Shown here in pieces: positions 57,552 through 64,000 of a stretch of DNA of 64,000 nucleotides. The DNA lies in the NCBI RefSeq assembly GCF_000150275.1, contig NW_002060945.1:8386011-8450010 (forward strand). The letters run 5' to 3'. Positions within the stretch are counted from its first letter, which is position 1, and every line of letters begins with the position of its first letter. Source of the DNA: Trichoplax adhaerens. Lineage: Eukaryota; Animalia; Placozoa. Position numbers and translations under genes: made by a program. The notes beneath the pieces were generated by a model. That model did no database searches, had not been told where the DNA came from, and worked only from the letters and a program-made list of their open reading frames with translations.

Positions 57552-59782
57552 ATTGATTGGGACACCTAATGTTAAGAATTTTATCAAGACTTAGGCAAGT
57601 AATAAGATATCACAGACAAGAAGGAAATACATAAGTCGAAAACAGATAATTATTTCTGTCAATGAGATTATTTTCTAATCATAACGCGCTATTACCGGGC
57701 AATACGCGTATTGGCCAACTTCGGGTTTTGGCCGTAACCTATGTTATGTTATATATATATATTGTGTGCTTTTCTACGATTTGAATTGTAATTTGACAAT
57801 AAAATGGTAGCGGAAATTCTCTTATATTACAATGCCATCTCCTACTGATATATTGTAAGGATTTCTCTAAGCATCTATTTAATGATGAGACGTGATTCTA
57901 AATAGATTTTAATACATAGTAGAAATGGTTAGTCTTATTCAATGTCGAATAGAAAAGGGTAACAACTGCTGCAAAGATTTTTATAACTAGTACAAAGGAA
58001 TTCGAAATAATTGGTATCAATCATGATCAGTGGACTGATAATTAGAAGAGGGTGAAATATTTGTCGATATTTCATATTACTATGCTGTTACAAATCATAA
58101 ATGATATGATCATTTGGATTATAATATATATTAATAGAAAATCTACAAAAAATAAAAGACGAAATGAGCAATCTGAAATCATTTTACTTAGCAACAAAAA
58201 ACAGGATAGTTAATCCGGGCACTTTAATGTAAACGCATACGGAGAATTTAAACTACACATATTCAAGTTAGTATGTTTGAGAATGAAGAAACTTATTTTA
58301 TCTATTTTGCATCGCTTCATATTATCACTAAGGATCTTTCTAAACTGAACTTTGCGAGCCGATTTTGTTAATATAGTTTCATCAGAGACCTGTAGCTAGC
58401 TCGATAGGTAATGTATGGTCTCATATACTGCAGATAGCCTCGCCATATTAAAATAATTGAAGATCTATTTCATTATTTTTATATCGTTGCCATCAACAAA
58501 TACGATATACAGGAGTCAATTATGTGAAAAGAACACCCTATACCTAACTATAACAACAGAATAACCTTAAATAGTTAGAGAGAAAGCAAGCTATAGAAAT
58601 CAATTGATTAGAATTATTTTTCCTGTTACTGCACACTGTACAGCACAACATAAATCCCTCCGCGATAATAAAATTCGGGGGAGCTAGAAACAGTACGCAA
58701 GTTATAAAAAGGCTACAGTCATTTTAGTCTAGTATCGATCAATATTGCACAGCAAAATTCATCATAATTTCATAATTTCATAATACGGCCAAAATTGTAT
58801 GTCAGATGAAAATTAATCGAGTGTAATTATTAAAAGCTTGTTTTTATACCATGCGATATGACCATTTCTTTAAGTAACAAGCACGAACTAGTTATTATTC
58901 ATGAACTGGATAATGTTCAACATATGGAGAGAATGTTTCCACATCCAACTGTTGAGTACTTCATTATTATCATGAATTATAAATTGAACTAATTAACAGA
59001 CATTATTCCATTTGCTATCAACAATATTTAGTTCTAGTCTGAAAGAATGAATTACAACCAATTTTTCAAATGTAACCGGTGGCAATAGTAAAAAATGGGA
59101 AGATGCCAAAATTTGATAAAGTGATAACTTATACTAATACAAATTAATTTAAGCCCCTGCACGATTTAAATCTATACAAGCGAAGACAAACTCAAGTCTA
59201 TGATGTATCACTTAGAATAATAAGAATCGTAGAAATCAACATATTAAACATTGATTTTGAACGGCATAATAATGATAATAATAAGCTTGAGTTGAAGAAA
59301 TCGATCATAGAATAACAATAATTAAACAAGTGAATTCTTCTTACAGAGGAAAGTTCAAAAATACACAGCAAATAAAACGTCAAGAATGGAAATTGAGCGA
59401 TGAATAGGATAAGTTTAGGTTAAAATAGCTACCGGAAAATGATTACTATATAGAGAAAATAAGTGCTCAATAATTTATAGGATACAAGACTCTTTGTTAA
59501 AGAGTTTGTTCATCATGGAATAAAATAAGAGCGTCTATAAAAATTGTGAACTTAGCAATCATTTGAAGATAGTGAATAACGTTAATATTTTGTTGCTTGA
59601 TTTTTAGTGCCATTTTTCTTCGGTGAGTGTATGGCTATATTATATTCAATTACTTTAGAAGTAATATATATTAAATCAATAAGGTTATGATAATAAATTG
59701 TTAACCATGAAAAAGAGTAAGAGTATAACGTGCATCTATTTAATCTGTTATATTTGCTAGGGGAAGAGACAAATAGAATTAA

Positions 59783-63950
<4,168 letters not shown>

Positions 63951-64000
63951 CTGAAATCATGAACAATATAAAATAGTAGTTATACTTCAAATCTTTATTT

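Overview
AT-rich, intron-dense eukaryotic (animal) DNA. The compact layout, short GT-AG introns and gene content suggest a basal metazoan, most plausibly the placozoan Trichoplax (an inference, not verified). By manual splicing the window contains nine genes: the first exon of an integrin alpha (-), HOP2/PSMC3IP (-), METTL5 (+), MLH1 (-), a CREB/CREM/ATF1 bZIP factor (+), a 3-exon globin (-), a complete ABCC4/MRP4-type transporter (-), an intronless MPDU1 (+) and the 3' part of a second ABCC4-type paralog (-). Several tandem repeats are also present. The most unusual item is the ABCC pair. Paralog A carries a ~1,100-aa disordered insertion between TMD1 and NBD1, encoded in one 3.5-kb exon, with clustered basophilic kinase sites, a DSGxxS degron-like motif and a 21-aa LxLP repeat array. 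Paralog B carries a ~310-aa disordered C-terminal tail with the same motif classes and a class II PDZ-ligand-like end. Also notable are six CRE half-sites at the putative CREB promoter (possibly shared with MLH1), TACAGTA/TACTGTA arrays upstream of promoters, and a gene set whose human orthologs lie in the HOX-bearing paralogons. No rRNA, tRNA, CRISPR array or recognisable transposase was found.
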